Source of the DNA: Rhodosorus marinus CCMP1338
Lineage: Eukaryota > Plantae > Rhodophyta
NCBI GenBank assembly: GCA_029953675.1
Contig: JAMWBK010000005.1
Span: forward strand, 2,976,001-3,040,000
Reading direction: 5' to 3'
Length of the DNA: 64,000 nt
The position numbers and the translations under genes were made by a program. The notes under the pieces are model-generated. The model did not search any database. It worked only from the letters and a program-made list of their open reading frames with translations, and was not told the origin of the DNA. Position 1 is the first letter of the stretch. Each line of letters begins with the position of its first letter. Below, piece by piece: positions 1-13,872 of the stretch.

Positions 1-253
1 CTGGAAACTTGCGCACTACAAGGAGGCGTTGGCGACGGAGCATCTAGATAACAAACTGATTCCGATTGCTATTGAAACTTTCGGGAGGACTGGGCAGATG
101 ACACGGGATTCCCTACGAGCAGGCTGTGGTCACTTGCTCACCAAGAAGGACGAGTTGAGCAATTTGAGGGCTCAACTAAACAGGACACTTTGGGCAGGGA
201 ATGCAGAGCTTGCCTTAGGAGCTTTGCGTGTGGATCAGTCGGACCAACCGTGA
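1..253 (+). mobile_element. 3' end of the ORF of a non-LTR retrotransposon with a restriction-like endonuclease (CRE/R2-type RLE); truncated by the window edge
   Basis: The frame is open from base 2: WKLAHYKEALATEHLDNKLIPIAIETFGRTG...LRAQLNRTLWAGNAEL, stop at 251-253. This matches the K-x2-(K/H)Y...PxAxETxGxxG...GNA C-terminus typical of RLE elements. The RT domain lies outside the window. Confidence 0.65.
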
Positions 254-816
254 TCCTTTATTCTTCTTTTTTTTATCGTAGCTAGACCCCGGGTGGCGGG
301 GTTAAACCCAAGCATTTTCCCTAGATAGTGATAGAACTAGTATTGCCTCGCATTTGGCAGTTGCCCAGTAAAGTTTACAGCTAAGAAAAAAATCCATGCA
401 GGGGGGTTGGTGGCATGATACTCGATTAGCAAAGTAATAGGGACAGACTGGCAATAATATCTATCCCCTTATTCTGTCCCATCTACCCTTAATATTAATA
501 CGAAACTGGTTACCCCCCCCTTGGTTCAAACCAAATTCTTTCCACCCCAGAACGTGAATCCAATCCAAAGATCACTGAACCACACACACACCCCCCTCCC
601 TTTTATTTCTCTCCCAACGTAAAAGACACGACTTTACCCCCCTTCTAAGTGTTGGTGTCCCATAAAGTTGAAACTCAATAGGAGAAAAAAAAAAGAAGGC
701 GTTTCGGTCACCAAACCAAACAACCAAACAGGAATCTGGTGCGACAAATCAGATTCCACTTGACAATAAGTTTCTTTATTTTCTAAAACCTTAACTGAAG
801 CGTACGAATCTTCTCT

Positions 817-856
817 CCAATCATATGGGAACCAGTAATTTTCGCTTATCCAATCA
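817..856. promoter_or_regulatory. Paired CCAATCA (NF-Y/CCAAT-box-like) motifs
   Basis: CCAATCATAT occurs at 817 and 850. CCAATCA also recurs in AT-rich intergenic DNA at 3241 (reverse), 13220, 27677, 28604 and 28686. No functional data. Confidence 0.25.
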
Positions 857-2449
857 TATCAAGATGCCGGGGCCTGACCAGATTCTGGTACGGCCACAAA
901 ATCTTGAAAGGAACGTTATAAAAACTTCGGATTTTAATATCTGCTGGGCATTGCCGTCAGAACTGGGCGCACTCCGATGTTGGCCAATCAAACGTTGCGT
1001 GTTATTTACTTCGGCTTCTATATTTCTGGTAGTTTTCGCAGTAATTGTCATTGAAAAGCTTTAGGTTGCGGGCTATCATCCTGCCAGCAACTACTTATTT
1101 ACACCAGCAACTACTTTACACCAGCAACCGTGCAAACTGGTGTTTTGAGGTTTGGTGGGGGGTCATGGTCACCTGTGGTTCCCGTTCTTGTCTGGCTAAG
1201 AGCATGTGGGATATAAGGAACTCTAGCAGCGAGATGAGCGCTTTTTGTTTCCCAAGCCTTTTCTGCGCTTGCTTAACTTTTCAAAATTACCACCCCCCCC
1301 CCTTCCTCTCCTCCCCAGGGTTCAACGTTTCCAAGAGCCAGTGACCATTTTCCAACTCTTGCCCAATCCGAAAATTTTCTTTGCCAATTTCCACTCTACA
1401 ACAATGTTTCCTTCGAGCGCAAGTTGGGTACGTTATTATATCCAATTTTCAAGCCAGGTTAAATGTTACTGGAAACCGAGAAAATACAGGTTAAGCAAGG
1501 TAGTTTTTATTAGGAAACACTAAAATGTACACGTGCAACTTGTACAACAGTTTGTACAATGAACAGAATTGGTTTCGGAAAGGGACGATGACGATGACAG
1601 CATCCATATTGACCGGACACTAGTCCGGCCTGAGTGACGTTTCTGGAATGTTGCCGATTGGAGTGCAAGAGCATGGGTTATAGATTTTTGGAACCCGTAT
1701 TTTTTGCTGATGGAAAGCGGGCAGACCGACTCTCCAGATAAGGTGGTGGGGTGCAACCGGAGCAGGAGAAACCTGACGAAGTCCGGTAATTCTTCGCTTT
1801 TTTAGAGGTTATTCTGAAGCTTGCAGAGCTCGCCCGCCGTGTTCTGGTTTGGACTTGCGTCTTGGACAAGCTTGGAGGCTTCGTGCGCAAAAGACCTGCC
1901 CTGGGCGAACGTTTTCGTTCGTTCTCACATCCGGTTCCCTTTGGACGTTCCCAATCGATACCTCCGAGCATTCTGAACGGGTACTCCAGACTCAGTATAC
2001 TGCTTCAAGTTGGAAGCTCGTCCAGCAAAACCAATTCAGTCTACCTCGTTCCAAGTTCCCTGAGTACTTGTTCAAATGATTCAGTACTGAGCACTGAGCA
2101 TCACTTCCGTGCGGGATTTAATGAACTACCAAGGACGATCATTGCGAGTAAACAACAGCTTTTGTGCGAAACCGCGAATGCACTGCTTCCTCGTGACCGA
2201 CGGTTTCCTTGTTTGCCTTTCCGAGGGTCCTAAACAGCGTTGTCGGCGAATTTTATGCTTCATGCAAGGATGTTGTAACTTTTTGCCTTCCTGTCACTAG
2301 GTTCAAAAATTGGTGGTGAAACTAGCTTATCCCTGCATTGCCAGACACACATCGAGGAGAGTAAACTCTCGGACCCCAAGCTTAATTGTTGCATCGTCAA
2401 TCACTAGCAAGTGAGGGTTCCAGCACTGACACAATTGTTTGCAGTGCTC

Positions 2450-3140
2450 ACAACTTTAGCCATACCTTGCTCAGCAATATGATATTGGATGTGTAAACGT
2501 CTCTGCAGCCACAACCGTAGCAATTGTACCCTGGACAGTAGTGTCTTGTTCATCAAATCCCGGAAACCGATGTTCCTGCACAGGAGATAATTTGGAAGCT
2601 GCCGCTTGATCTCTTAACGTTTGAAGAACTCCGGCACCAAGGCTGAGTCTCTTAGCCGCGAGCAATATTGGTTGAAGAGTTTTACACTCCGTGGAAGCGT
2701 TTTGGTTCTGTTTAGTCAAAGTCTCTGTCCGGGTTAAATATGAGCCAGACTCGTCCGGGACACGCTAACGTCCTGTCAAGATACAATCGACAGAGGAGCT
2801 TGGAGAGTTCAGACGGGTATGCGTCAGTTGCTGAATAGTGCCTGGAATTTTCTCAGAATATGAAACTACTGAAAAGTCTAAACGCGCAGAGAGAAAGTAA
2901 CGCCATCATGTATTCTAACGGTGTCGGCTAGCGAGGACAAGCACCGGACGCCCAATTGAAGCCTCCGCAGAATCCGCGAACATCCGATTGCGCTTGCTAG
3001 TGTACAGTGCTCCAGAGGCTGATATCGGAGAATCCTAGCCTCGGCACTTAACGTAACTGTTCGAAAATTGTACTCCAGAGCTCGTCCTTTTATCCCCATA
3101 ATCTCAGCAGGATCCCACAGACCTGAACCACTTCGCATGG
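2450..3140 (-). pseudogene. Highly decayed LINE-type reverse transcriptase remnant
   Basis: Ordered minus-strand fragments LRYQPLEHC..RILRRL (cf. NYRPISLL..K..RIL..RL), LYLDRTLA (cf. FLDxxKAFD) and GVLQ..SKLSPV (cf. GVPQGSxLSP), broken by stops and frameshifts. Confidence 0.3.
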
Positions 3141-4534
3141 CTGAGCACCGTTTAAACTAGTTAGCATTCGACGAGCTTTCTGGGAAACCAAGTTATAAGC
3201 AAAATACTATAAAAATCAAAATATTTGACATTCTTATCAATGATTGGTCTTCTTGTGTTGAAGGAGTTGTAAGTATACGGAAGAAACTACAAAATAAATT
3301 GGTCCTCCCCGTCCAAAAATATAATTTTCAACATAATAAGTTGTTTGAATAAACTGAAATTACTGAAAATCCATCCCGTCTCTAGTTTCAATTGGTTAAG
3401 CCAATACCAATGAAAATGATGAATATTGTACCATCTATTTATTACAAAATTTAATAGACTCAATTTATTCGAAGTCCGTGTGCATGCTCTAATTTACGAC
3501 AGAATCACTCTTTAGCTGCTTGATTATAGAAGCCGTCTAGTTCGATCGGAGACCTTTTGACTTAGTTTAGAAAAATATCACTTTTTGATATAATAGGTCT
3601 TATTTAGAGAACTAGTTCTATAATCTTGCAACCATTTGCATTTTGTAGAAGTTAAGGTTATATTAAAGAATATATTGAATCAAATACTTTTCATAAAGTA
3701 AATAAAGAAGGATTTTTCATGTTTTAGCAACCATAGCCTTTGATCTGGAATGTTGAAAAGACAGAAAAAAGAAGACTTTCTTTATCATGGAAATATTCTA
3801 TCACGGTTGGAGTCATATGTCATCCTGGGATCCATGACAAGCCTGCCTTCTTCCAGATGGAAAAACGCTTCTCAATGTTGTGTGAGGCGGATCCTTGAAA
3901 AAGTTTTTTTTTTTGTGGATAGTGGTGACGAGGAGGGAGGCTGGGAGGGAAAGAGTGGTGAGGTGGGGGGGGGAATTTCTGTGAATGTGCTGTGAGGAGG
4001 AGTGGTGTGGTTGAATGTGAGGATATCTCCTTATTTGTATTTAAAAGATCTACTTCAAGGCCGAGGGGTTTTTGTTGTAGTTCTATGAGTTGCGTTTGTT
4101 GAAGTTCTCTGATTTTGAGGGGTTGGAGTTCGGGGGGGGTGGGGGGGGAGGGGGAGACAAGTTTTGGGTTGGTGTTTGCTGTTGTGTTGTTGTGTGTTGT
4201 CTTGGTCTTGGGGTGAGCTGGGGTTCCTGGACTTGTGGAAATTTTGAGCAGCCCGTGCTTGATGGTTGTATTTTGCGCTCTGGGTTACTGGCGCCCAGGC
4301 TAGGCCCACTTTGAAGGGGGGCGGTTGGAGGGGAAGGGTTGGTTACGTTTTCTTGGTGGTTTTTGTTACCCTTTTTTGCGTGGGTGGAGTTTGGAAAAGG
4401 GGCTCCTAAGGGGATGTAGCGTGTCGAGAAAAAGCCCAGTGGACTTTTTCTTTTTGTACAGAAAGAATGGAGTTGGGTTTTGTTGGAATGGTTGTCGATC
4501 GGGGAATTGCCTTTTGCTATAGCGGCTGCGTAGA

Positions 4535-7500
4535 ATGGTTTTAGGGGATCAGCCTTCCAGTGGAATAAGAAAGAGCACGAGGTATGGATGATAGCGTGAA
4601 TGCGTAATGTTGAATATAGTTTTCCTCGGCGTCATCAGGAGAATTCTACCCACCTTGATGGTTGTAGAGCGAATGAAATTGTTTCCTGTCAAGGTTGGTA
4701 CTGATTGTCATGTGATCATGTATAGGATTGGATCGAGAAAAAGCGTGGCCTGGAAAGAATTTGTAGAAGTTGTAAGTGTTGGTTCAGGTGAACCCCCGAA
4801 GAAGCGAGTTGTGAAACTAGGCAGCCCTCAGACTCACAAACGCAACCGAGAAACAGCAGTACAGGGAAGATCCGGACAGATTCGTAGAGAAGTCGGGTAT
4901 TCCCGTAGACGACGGAGAAGCATGTCTCGAGAAGACGGAGATAGTGAAGATGACGGTCGACATGAAAATGGGCGGGATGTCGCTGGGAAAGGTCCAGCGG
5001 AATTGAGTGGTGACCTTGTATATAGCGCGCGGGGGAGGCTCAGGAGGAGGGTAAATCTGAATGAGGAAGAGATGTTTGAGGACGAACTCGAGGATGAGCG
5101 ACCATTGGCAAAGCGAAAAAGTGATAGCCTCACGAGGAGAAGAAGCTATAACTTAACTTCAAAATCGGAGTCACAGTCACACGATTCGAGCCCTGGAAAG
5201 ATCGCTTACACGACACGGGCGGGGAGAACCAGCAGCAGAAACTCCAAATACGATCTTTACGATGACAGCGACGACAATGATTCTATGGTTACGGAAACAC
5301 GATCGAAACGAACACTCCTCAGAAATGGTGAGCGGGCGCTGCGTGCTCAGGATGAGCACGAGGAGGATGTTGACGACAGCAGCGGTCTTCGACGGAGCTC
5401 ACGCAAGCGAAGCAGTCCAGCACCGTACGCTCATCGAGACGACCACATCAATGGGGAGAAGATGTCAAACGACTCCGTCAAGGAGGAACCAAAGTACACC
5501 CCTCGAAGCAACACGGTAAGCCGAACCCCGGCCGTCACTGGTGACGTACCTACTGGTTCTCGGAGGGCGCTCAATTCCGTTTCTTCTTTTCTCAACGCAC
5601 CTGATAGGACGGGAGTTCGGATGACGGAAAACCGATCCGCCGTAGCGGACGCCTAAGAAGACAACCGAGCAAGTCCTCTCCATTGCGGGAGGATCTAGCT
5701 TCACCGAAAATTAATCAACGACAGCGGCTGCAGCGAGTGCGGGACAGGGAGCAGAGATACATGCGACGCTCTTCGCAACCCAAATCTAGTCCGTTCGAAC
5801 CTGAACATGAATCAGATGACTTCAAGAGAAATTTACGGCCGAGATCAAGCAGAAGATCACTTCGGGAAGTACCAGACAGTCAAATAGAGGTCAGAAGACG
5901 TAGTAGGGATTCTTCTGATGACGCATATAGCGCAAACTCGTCTGAGGACGACGATACCGCTACAGTGGCCCACATGTCGGAGGAAGAGAAATACGATATG
6001 GCGAAAACGGCAAATCAGATGCAGGACCTTCCGCCTCGAGAGCTGAGACAGCCACGAGAACGTGCGCAAGTACCTGCTCATATTGCAGACTTGGCCCGAG
6101 AGGCTCGGGATTCTAGGAGGCCTCGCTCGTACCGACCTCGAGTCAGAGACATTCTTTTCGATCAGGTGAAGACCGGGGGTGAATCGAAAAAGCCTGCGAT
6201 TGAACCGGTGAAGGTTGACCCGTCCATTACTTGGGACGTTGTAGGGGGTCTTGACTCGCACATTCGGGCTCTAAAGGAGATGGTACTGTTGCCATTGTTG
6301 TATCCCGAGGTGTTCAAGAAATTCAAGTTGGAGCCTCCGAAGGGGGTTCTCTTCTACGGCCCACCGGGCACTGGAAAAACCCTCTGTGCGAGAGCGCTGG
6401 CAGCTAGCGCCGGAATTATTCCGTCCACGGACAAGGACGGTACGAATCAAAGTTCGAAGCCAGAGTCGCCTTGTTTCACTGTGCTGATGGCTTTGGTCTT
6501 GTTGCAAAATAATACAGGCAAGGCCGTCCAGACGTCTAGGGTCTCTTTCTTTATCAGGAACGGCGCGGATTGCCTAAGTAAATGGGTGGGTGAAGCTGAA
6601 AGGAATCTGCGACAGCTTTTTGAGGTTGCCAAAAAGCACCAGCCAAGCATCATCTTCTTCGACGAAATTGATGGATTGGCCCCAGTACGCTCGTCAAGGC
6701 AGGATCAGATTCACAGTTCGATTGTGTCCACTTTATTGGGACTGATGGACGGCCTGGAAGCTCGGGGACAGATCGTGGTGATTGGGGCGACGAATCGAGT
6801 GGATTCTATCGACCCGGCTCTGCGCCGTGCTGGTCGTTTTGATCGCGAACTAATCTTCAAGCTACCTAATCATGTCGCGAGAAGGCGGATCTTGGATATT
6901 CATACAAGCAAGTGGGATGTGAAACCCGAAGAGAGCCTCCTGCGTGAGTTGGCGGACAGAACCGTGGGCTACTGCGGCGCAGATTTGAAGTCACTCTGTA
7001 CGGAAGCGTCGCTGAGGGCATTGCGACGAAGGTACGTCACCATGATTTGACTCTTTCTCTCGTTTCCGATTGTCAGGAAGCCTTTGGTGTAGAACGCTCT
7101 CTAAGGCGCCACCGCTCTCCATTGTTGTGATGTTCACAAAGATACCCGCAAATCTACAAGTCCCAACAGAAACTCGAGATTGACCCAGACCAGGTCAAGA
7201 TCATGGGAATCGATTTCTTCCTCTCAATGCAATCGATTGTACCATCCAGTCATCGGTCAAGCTTGGTCCAAGCTCGTCCGCTGAGCGGTCGAGTTGCACC
7301 TCTGCTGGATTCTGCTTTCGGCGAAGCGAAGAAAAAGCTACGGGACATCTTCCGACAAGGAACGGTGAACTCAGCAGACTTTGCGCTTGGAGATGAAGCA
7401 CAGGAGGATGGGGACTCCGATCTAGAGCTATTCTATGATGAGGAAGTTTCGAAGGACGCGGGCAATCGTATGGGCACCCTCGAATCAATCGCGAGGTCTA

Positions 7501-9300
7501 TGCAACAGCCAACCACACGCCCACGTTTACTAGTTTGCGGCAAACCTGGTATGGGCCAAGTACAAATAGCCCCGGCCATTCTCCACGCACTGGAAGGCTG
7601 TCCAGTCTTTGGGATTGGAATGACGTCCTTATTCTCAGATCAGAACGCGAAGACACAGGAGGAAGCTCTCGTAACCGCTTTCCGTGAGGCTTCTAGGGCA
7701 GCCCCTTCGGTGAGACGTAGTTTTCTTTCACGGCCTGGGCATAGTGTTAGACGATAATGACTGACGCTTTCTTTCCCCGCTAGGTTTTGTACATACCTCA
7801 CCTTGACATGTGGTGGGGCACGGCCGCGGACTCGCTGAGAGCTACATTCATTCAAGCCCTCCAGGACATGCCAACCCTCCTACCGGTGTTAGTACTCGCA
7901 AGCTCACAGGTAATGAGGAAACGCTTTTTGTTTTACGCGGCAATCGCGCCCTGCAGATGACTAATGGCTGTTGTGGCTGCGTTCTTCTCCACCAGTGTGA
8001 AGACTTTGAACTCTCCAGCGAACTGCAGTTTGAGTTCGTCGACCACCTTTCCATGGATTGTCCCACTTCCGAGCAGAGGTACAATTTTTTCGGAGCACTG
8101 CTAGTGGACATTGCTTCACCAGCGATCATGATTGATCCTTCGCTGAAGGCTGCTCGAGACGCTAGGCATCAGGAGGTGCTGAAGGTGGCGCCTCCCCCCG
8201 AACGAACTCAGCCTTCGGAGGAGGAGAGAGCCAAAAGCCAAAAGAGCGACGAACAGAGTCTCAGAGCAATGCGAATGGAGATGAGAGAGCTCTTAGCAAG
8301 GCTCTTAAACGACCGCAAGTACATGGTGGGTTTACCCACCGGGTTTTTGTGGACTGCAGTCATATTTTTGACTTTAGAGAGGCTTCTCCTTTTCCTTTCA
8401 TCGCAGGTTTTCTGGAATCCCGTTGATCCCGAAGAAGCTTCCGACTACTACGAAATTATTAAGCGCCCTATCGATCTTTCGATGATCGCTGCGAATGTGG
8501 ACGCTGCTCGATACTCCGCAGTAATGCATATGGTGTCCGATGTAGACCTGATGGTCCAAAATGCGATCGAGTACAACCCTCCGCACACAGAGCAAGGGGC
8601 TAGAATCTTGAGGAGGGCTCATGCGCTCATTGACCTCGTCCACTGTTGGGCTGACGCCTTGGATAAGGACCTGGTATCCGCCTGCAACCAAATCGTTGTG
8701 CGGAAGAAACAGGAGGAAGAGAATAAGAGGAAACAGGAAGGGCAAAAGGCGAAGGTAGAGGAGGAAGAGAAGAAAAAATCGGAAGAGGAAGATAAGAAAC
8801 CGAAAGCAGAAAGCGATGCAGTCGAACCGAAGCCGAGCAATACCCTCAGTGCTCTCATGAATGGGACAACTACAGCGGAGGACTTGGTATCGGGAAGCGG
8901 AATGTTGAATCCGGACGCAATGCAAATAGAGCCTCCGGTTCCAAACGCTGAATCCGACGCGCGGACCAAAGCAGAAGTCCCGAAAGATGTTGGGGCGCCG
9001 GGGTTCAGAAAACATACAGTGCCATCTCCGTTGAACGCCGATCGTGAACCAAAGGGCAGACCCATTCCAGAGGCGAAACTCTCGAGTGACGTTCAAAGCT
9101 TCCTCGATCATCTCGTGGCCGGAACAGAAGGTGCAAACCTGGATACGTTGGAGACTATCCATGGGGCGCTTGCATCTGTGCTTTATGCAAATCGCAAGAA
9201 TCCGGATAGAGTAGAGGTCTTGAAGAGTCTTCAGCAACGCTTCGAACGTCTAAAACCGCAGAAGTTGCTTCAGAACGAAGCGGCTGAATCCCGGGCGTGA
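4535..9300 (+). CDS. ATAD2: ATAD2/Yta7-like AAA+ ATPase with bromodomain (multi-exon; start approximate)
   Basis: Walker A GPPGTGKT, Walker B IIFFDEID, SRH IGATNR..ALRRAGRFDRE, degenerate second AAA domain, and bromodomain VFWNPVDPEEASDYYEIIKRPIDL..NAIEYN, after a long charged N-terminus. Intron 5516-5607 (GTAAGC..TAG) joins ORFs 4607 and 5683 in phase 0. Confidence 0.93.
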
Positions 9301-9723
9301 GATTATTTTGTAGTACAGGTGCGATTGTCCACCACTCGGCTCAAGACGGGTGTGTTGCAGTGGCCAGGTGAGAAAGAGAATAAAAATCGACAATGTAAAT
9401 TTTAACCTTTATAATTCAGAATCGGATTGCGTCAAGTTCAAAGCCAAGCTTTTGGATTCTAATCGCGATCTTCTTCAAGGTCAGCGACAAGCCAAAACCT
9501 GGGGCTTCTGGAGGACCTACATTTTCTCTTTCAAGTTGGAAAAACACTCCAGAGGCCAAGTACGCCGGAATATTCTACTTATGACCAGGAGAGAAATCAC
9601 TGTGTCGATTCAAACCGATCTCCATCCCCTCGGGAGGTCTGGGGAACTAAAGTTGCGCTGCAGCAGGCAGCTACCCAGTAAAAGTAACGGCTACGACTAC
9701 GTCTGCGGAGCTGTGCGTAACCT

Positions 9724-12400
9724 TCACTCCGCCTCACCAACCTCTAACACAATTCCTACGGCGACCGTCCTTCCGTTGCTTCGCATCATAATTCTTCCCA
9801 TTGATCGAACCTCGCTGAAAGTTTCCATGCATACACCTCGTTGAAGACGCACCTCGACTAAAGCCTTCTGCCCTTTCGTCACCAGTCGTGGACCAGGCCG
9901 TTTCGAATCTCCTCCGTTATTAGAATTACCAAGAATCTGCGACCACAAGGACACTCCGCTTAAGAATGAGTTCGTCCCACCACCCCGTAGCTGACGGAAA
10001 GCAGTCATAATCGTACCTCAATCAGCTTGACTACTGTACATGCTTCACTCGCGCCGTTCACATGGAGCACAGCTCGATAGCCCTGTGTGATAGGCCTGCC
10101 TCCTCCCAAGACGACGATTTGAGCTCTGAAACTAGTAGCCACGGGACAAGGCTTTTCCGGACTGCACAGAACGGATCCCAGTGACATTTCACCTACCTCA
10201 ATGTTCGACAGAGAGACCTACAGGCAGAAGAAACTTCAGTATGACGAGGTTGATTTCAAAACCCAAGAGCTCACAACACACCGATACATTTGAGTCTCCA
10301 GCCATGGCCACAGCGTTGCCTTCTTCTCCCATAACTCGGAGCTTTTTAACCCCGCACAAGATCTTCTGCGGGAGCATCAGCAACTTGTCTTCCAGGGCAA
10401 TCGTCCCTGACAATACTTGCCCGCTAACACCCGTGCCCAACTCTTGACTTCGGATCAACTCGGTCACGGCGAATCTCGTTGGCTTGTCCTGGCCTTCCTT
10501 CACGGGCGTTGCTAGTGCATCCACAGCTTCTACTACGCTTGGCCCAGAGTACCTTTCCGTTGGAAACCAGAAAGTCGTTTCAGTTCGCTTCTGGCGTCCT
10601 TGTCAGTGGTCCAAACTGATTTTCAGCGCATGCGGTGAGACCTACCAGCTAGCTAGAGCCTCGGTATCCTTCACTCTATTGACCACATTGCTTCCCTGCA
10701 TACCCGAGCAGGGAACGAAGACGACGTTGCTCGAGGTTTTGAAGCCAGATTGCTTAAGAAACGCGGTCAAAGTCTCTTTGATGCTGAGAAATCTCGACTC
10801 TGAAAAGTCCACAGAGTCCATCTTGTTGCACGCGACGACGAGATGCGTAATCCCAATGGATCTCAACAACATCGCATGTTCCCTCGTCTGGCCCTCGTCA
10901 CTGAACCCGGCTTCAAACTCCCCAGACGTCGAGTCCACAACCAGTACCGCAGCGCTTGCCATGGACGCTCCCACGATCATCATTGGTACAAAGTCTCGAT
11001 GACCTATACATAGCCAGCAAAGTCCAAAACAACTTCAGCTCCGGCATCCGCAGTCAAGCCGACTCGGGCTCCGGTCAGGCATACCTGGTGAGTCAATGAT
11101 ACTAATCAATTTCCTCGAAGCCGGAACCTTGATCTGCCGAACGCTGATATTGATAGTAACCCCTCTATCCCTCTCCACCTCGTCCTCGTCAAGAAGCCAA
11201 GCCAAGTTTCCCCCAGGGATTCTCATCCCATGTCGTCCAGAGCGCTCACTCAGAGAAGACAAAATCTGACCTACCAAGGTACTCTTTCCAGCATCCACAT
11301 GACCAACAACTACGATACTAGAATGTGTAGATTCTCTCTCAAGCAGTCCTGGATCCAGTGGATGCGCCCTCTGCTTCACAACCGGACTGCTTTTCTGTTT
11401 CTCCTCTACTGCATCAGTCTGTGGTTTGTACGGTGAAAGCAAACCCTGCGTCAGTTGACCTCGACAGCGGACATTTGTACCGAGAGCTCAGGGGTATCAC
11501 TATGATGACGTGATGAAAGCACTTCTGAGAAGCACCTTTTGCGGCTCTGGTCTGCGAGTAGCTTCTCCAACTAACCTTGGACTTGGATACCTTTACATCT
11601 GATACATCTTTGTTGGTCGTCTTCGTCTTCTGTTCGATTTCTAGTGATACGTTTGCCATCTTCTTCGTAGGAGGATCCGGTGGTGGTACTTTCCTCTGTA
11701 CCTTTGGCCATGGTTTCTCCTCCGACTTGGCCTTTGGTTTGTCAAAATTTTGCTTCTTGTTCTGTTGTTTGGTTTCAGTTGCCGAGGAGACCGTTGAGCT
11801 AGAGAAAAACAAGACTTGCTTCTGAATTTGGAGGTCGTTTTCGCTAACCTGGATCAGCGAGAGCGAAGGAACTTGTGTAGATGAGTTTGTAGGTCTAGAA
11901 GGCCCTGTTTCTTCAGAAAGAAGAGCTCCAAATCCAGACGCGATGTCAGTCGCCTGAGCTCCAGATACACTGTTCTGGTTCGATTTCTGCTTTTGGGGTG
12001 TGGACGAGAGTGGTGTGAAAGATATTGAGTCTCCTTGGATATTTTCACTCAAAGAGAGGGGAAACGTGCTCACGTTGGTCGTCTGGCTCGGATTCTCAAG
12101 AAGAAACTCAATCGCCGCGTTTGGGTCGTACTGAGTACTTCGTAGAGCATTGTCGACCGATTGCTTGGAGTAGTTTTCACCAAGGATCCTTCGAACTTCC
12201 TCCGTCGCCAGTTTCAGAATCTGGTCCTCTTCCGCTTGTGCTATCGAGCTCGAGAAGAAATCGGCATTCGGGTTCGGAGGCGGGGGCAGGTACTCCGTCG
12301 GTATATCAGGAGAAGTCGAGTGGTAACTTTGATCATCGTAGAAATCTGGATCCTCATAGTCTTCATATTGAAGATTTCTAACGTTCCGGTGCCTTGACAT
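9724..12400 (-). CDS. HBS1: HBS1-like translational GTPase (eEF1A/eRF3 family), multi-exon
   Basis: N-terminus MSRHRNVRN..YEDYED. G motifs GHVDAGKSTL, ERDRGVTI, DSPG|HRDF (split by an intron) and NKMD. C-terminal beta-barrel ending GRTVAVGIVLEV. Confidence 0.92.
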
Positions 12401-13780
12401 GATGTCCTTAATCCTCGCCAGCACAAGCCCCAATTAACAGTCAAAATAAATATTATCAGGAACTGTCCCGCAGGTTCTCCATTACAAGCAATAGAGACGT
12501 TGTCAAGCTAGCTCTTCAAATATAGAAAACAGCTGCTGTCCATGGAGCTATGCCCTTCTATCTTCCGCAGTTTTATGTCCTCAAATTACGCGTTCCCTCA
12601 TGACCACCTCCCTGCTCAGTTATCAGAGCAATCCCTTCGAAGGCAGGTGGCCATGCCGCTTAGAGAGGACGGAAGAGGTTTCGAGATGCGATGAGAGCTT
12701 ACCAAAAGAAATCGCTTCGGACTAACGGAATACTCGCTCTGGTCTTTCGACTCTGTCATTAAGAGCTCTCTCAGTATGGTACAGGAGTCGAGTACTCATG
12801 CCTTTACTAGCCTTGGGATGACCTATCCTGGCCGCCCTGGGGGTTGGGGGGAGGGGGATTTGTAAACCTACTCCTTCGGTTTACTTTGGCTGATTTCCAT
12901 GCACTTGTTTGCCCACTGCAGTGACGGTCAAGTTCACTATTGTGCCGTGCTCTTGAAACCGCCCGCGAGCGTTCGTACCAAGCTGCTTCGCAGTTGACGT
13001 CGGTTTAGGAAATAATGACGGTTTTGTGCCACTTGAATGTTTTTTAAACCACTATTTCCGGAGTTGACCAGAACCTGAGAGGGTATCTGCACACCCAGCG
13101 CGTCGCCTGTTCTCCTCAACACCAGCCTTCATAGGAGCGTACTATCAGGTACAAACATGGTACTACTCTCGATACTAGCAACCGATTCCATTATTTAACT
13201 TTTATTCAAATACTTCTATCCAATCATAACCGCTACAGCTCCATATTGATATCCTTAAGAAACATGCTTCGGCCGTGGCCTTCCCCCTTACCTTTCCGTT
13301 CCGCAGATCTGCGCAGGTCAGAACCACCCCCGACCTACAAGAACGTAAAACTACTAAATATAACGAAATATTTAGTCAATATATTATATTATCCGTACCT
13401 TCCTCCCCCTATCATCCGTACGAACTCCACATTAAAATATCCAAACGGTGCGAGTTGAAGGGGGGGTAGTTTAACCACCTACAGAAAATTATTTACAAAA
13501 TATTGTAATTGTTTCAAGATATTTTACGAATTAAAATTAAAATTTCGATGAAATATGATATTCCTACTATTTTCTTCTGAAAAGGGGATATGATCCCGTT
13601 TGTTTTTTTTCTGTTGTTTTAGGAGTTAATTGCTTTTCTTTTTCTTGGGGTGACGTAGGTCTCCAAGTTTTGTGTTGGTGGGAGGGGAGTGACTTTTCTG
13701 TCGAAGATGTAGACGTGAGACGTTGATGCTTTTTAGTATATAAGAAGCGTTGCTGTTCGTTGGATTCGGAGCGGAGGAGG

Positions 13781-13800
13781 GAGAGAGAGAGAGAGAGAGA
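13781..13800 (+). repeat. (GA)10 microsatellite upstream of the M48 gene
   Basis: Read directly from the sequence. Confidence 0.9.
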
Positions 13801-13872
13801 GGTGTGAAGTGCTGTGAGAAAGAGTTTGAAATAAAGTGTTTTAGGTATCGCTGTGTTGTGCGGTGCGAGGGG

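Noticed and set aside
731-757. 8-bp inverted repeat GGAATCTG/CAGATTCC
   Set aside because: Short enough to arise by chance in 64 kb, with no supporting context.
1084-1126. Short tandem repeat CCAGCAACTACTT..TACA x2 plus a partial copy
   Set aside because: Two imperfect copies with no spacers; not CRISPR-like and no ORF support.
8398-9237. 279-aa minus-strand ORF
   Set aside because: Antisense shadow of the ATAD2 bromodomain exon.
12540-13140. Possible ncRNA or small gene between HBS1 and M48
   Set aside because: No convincing C/D, H/ACA or Sm boxes, and only short unrecognisable ORFs.
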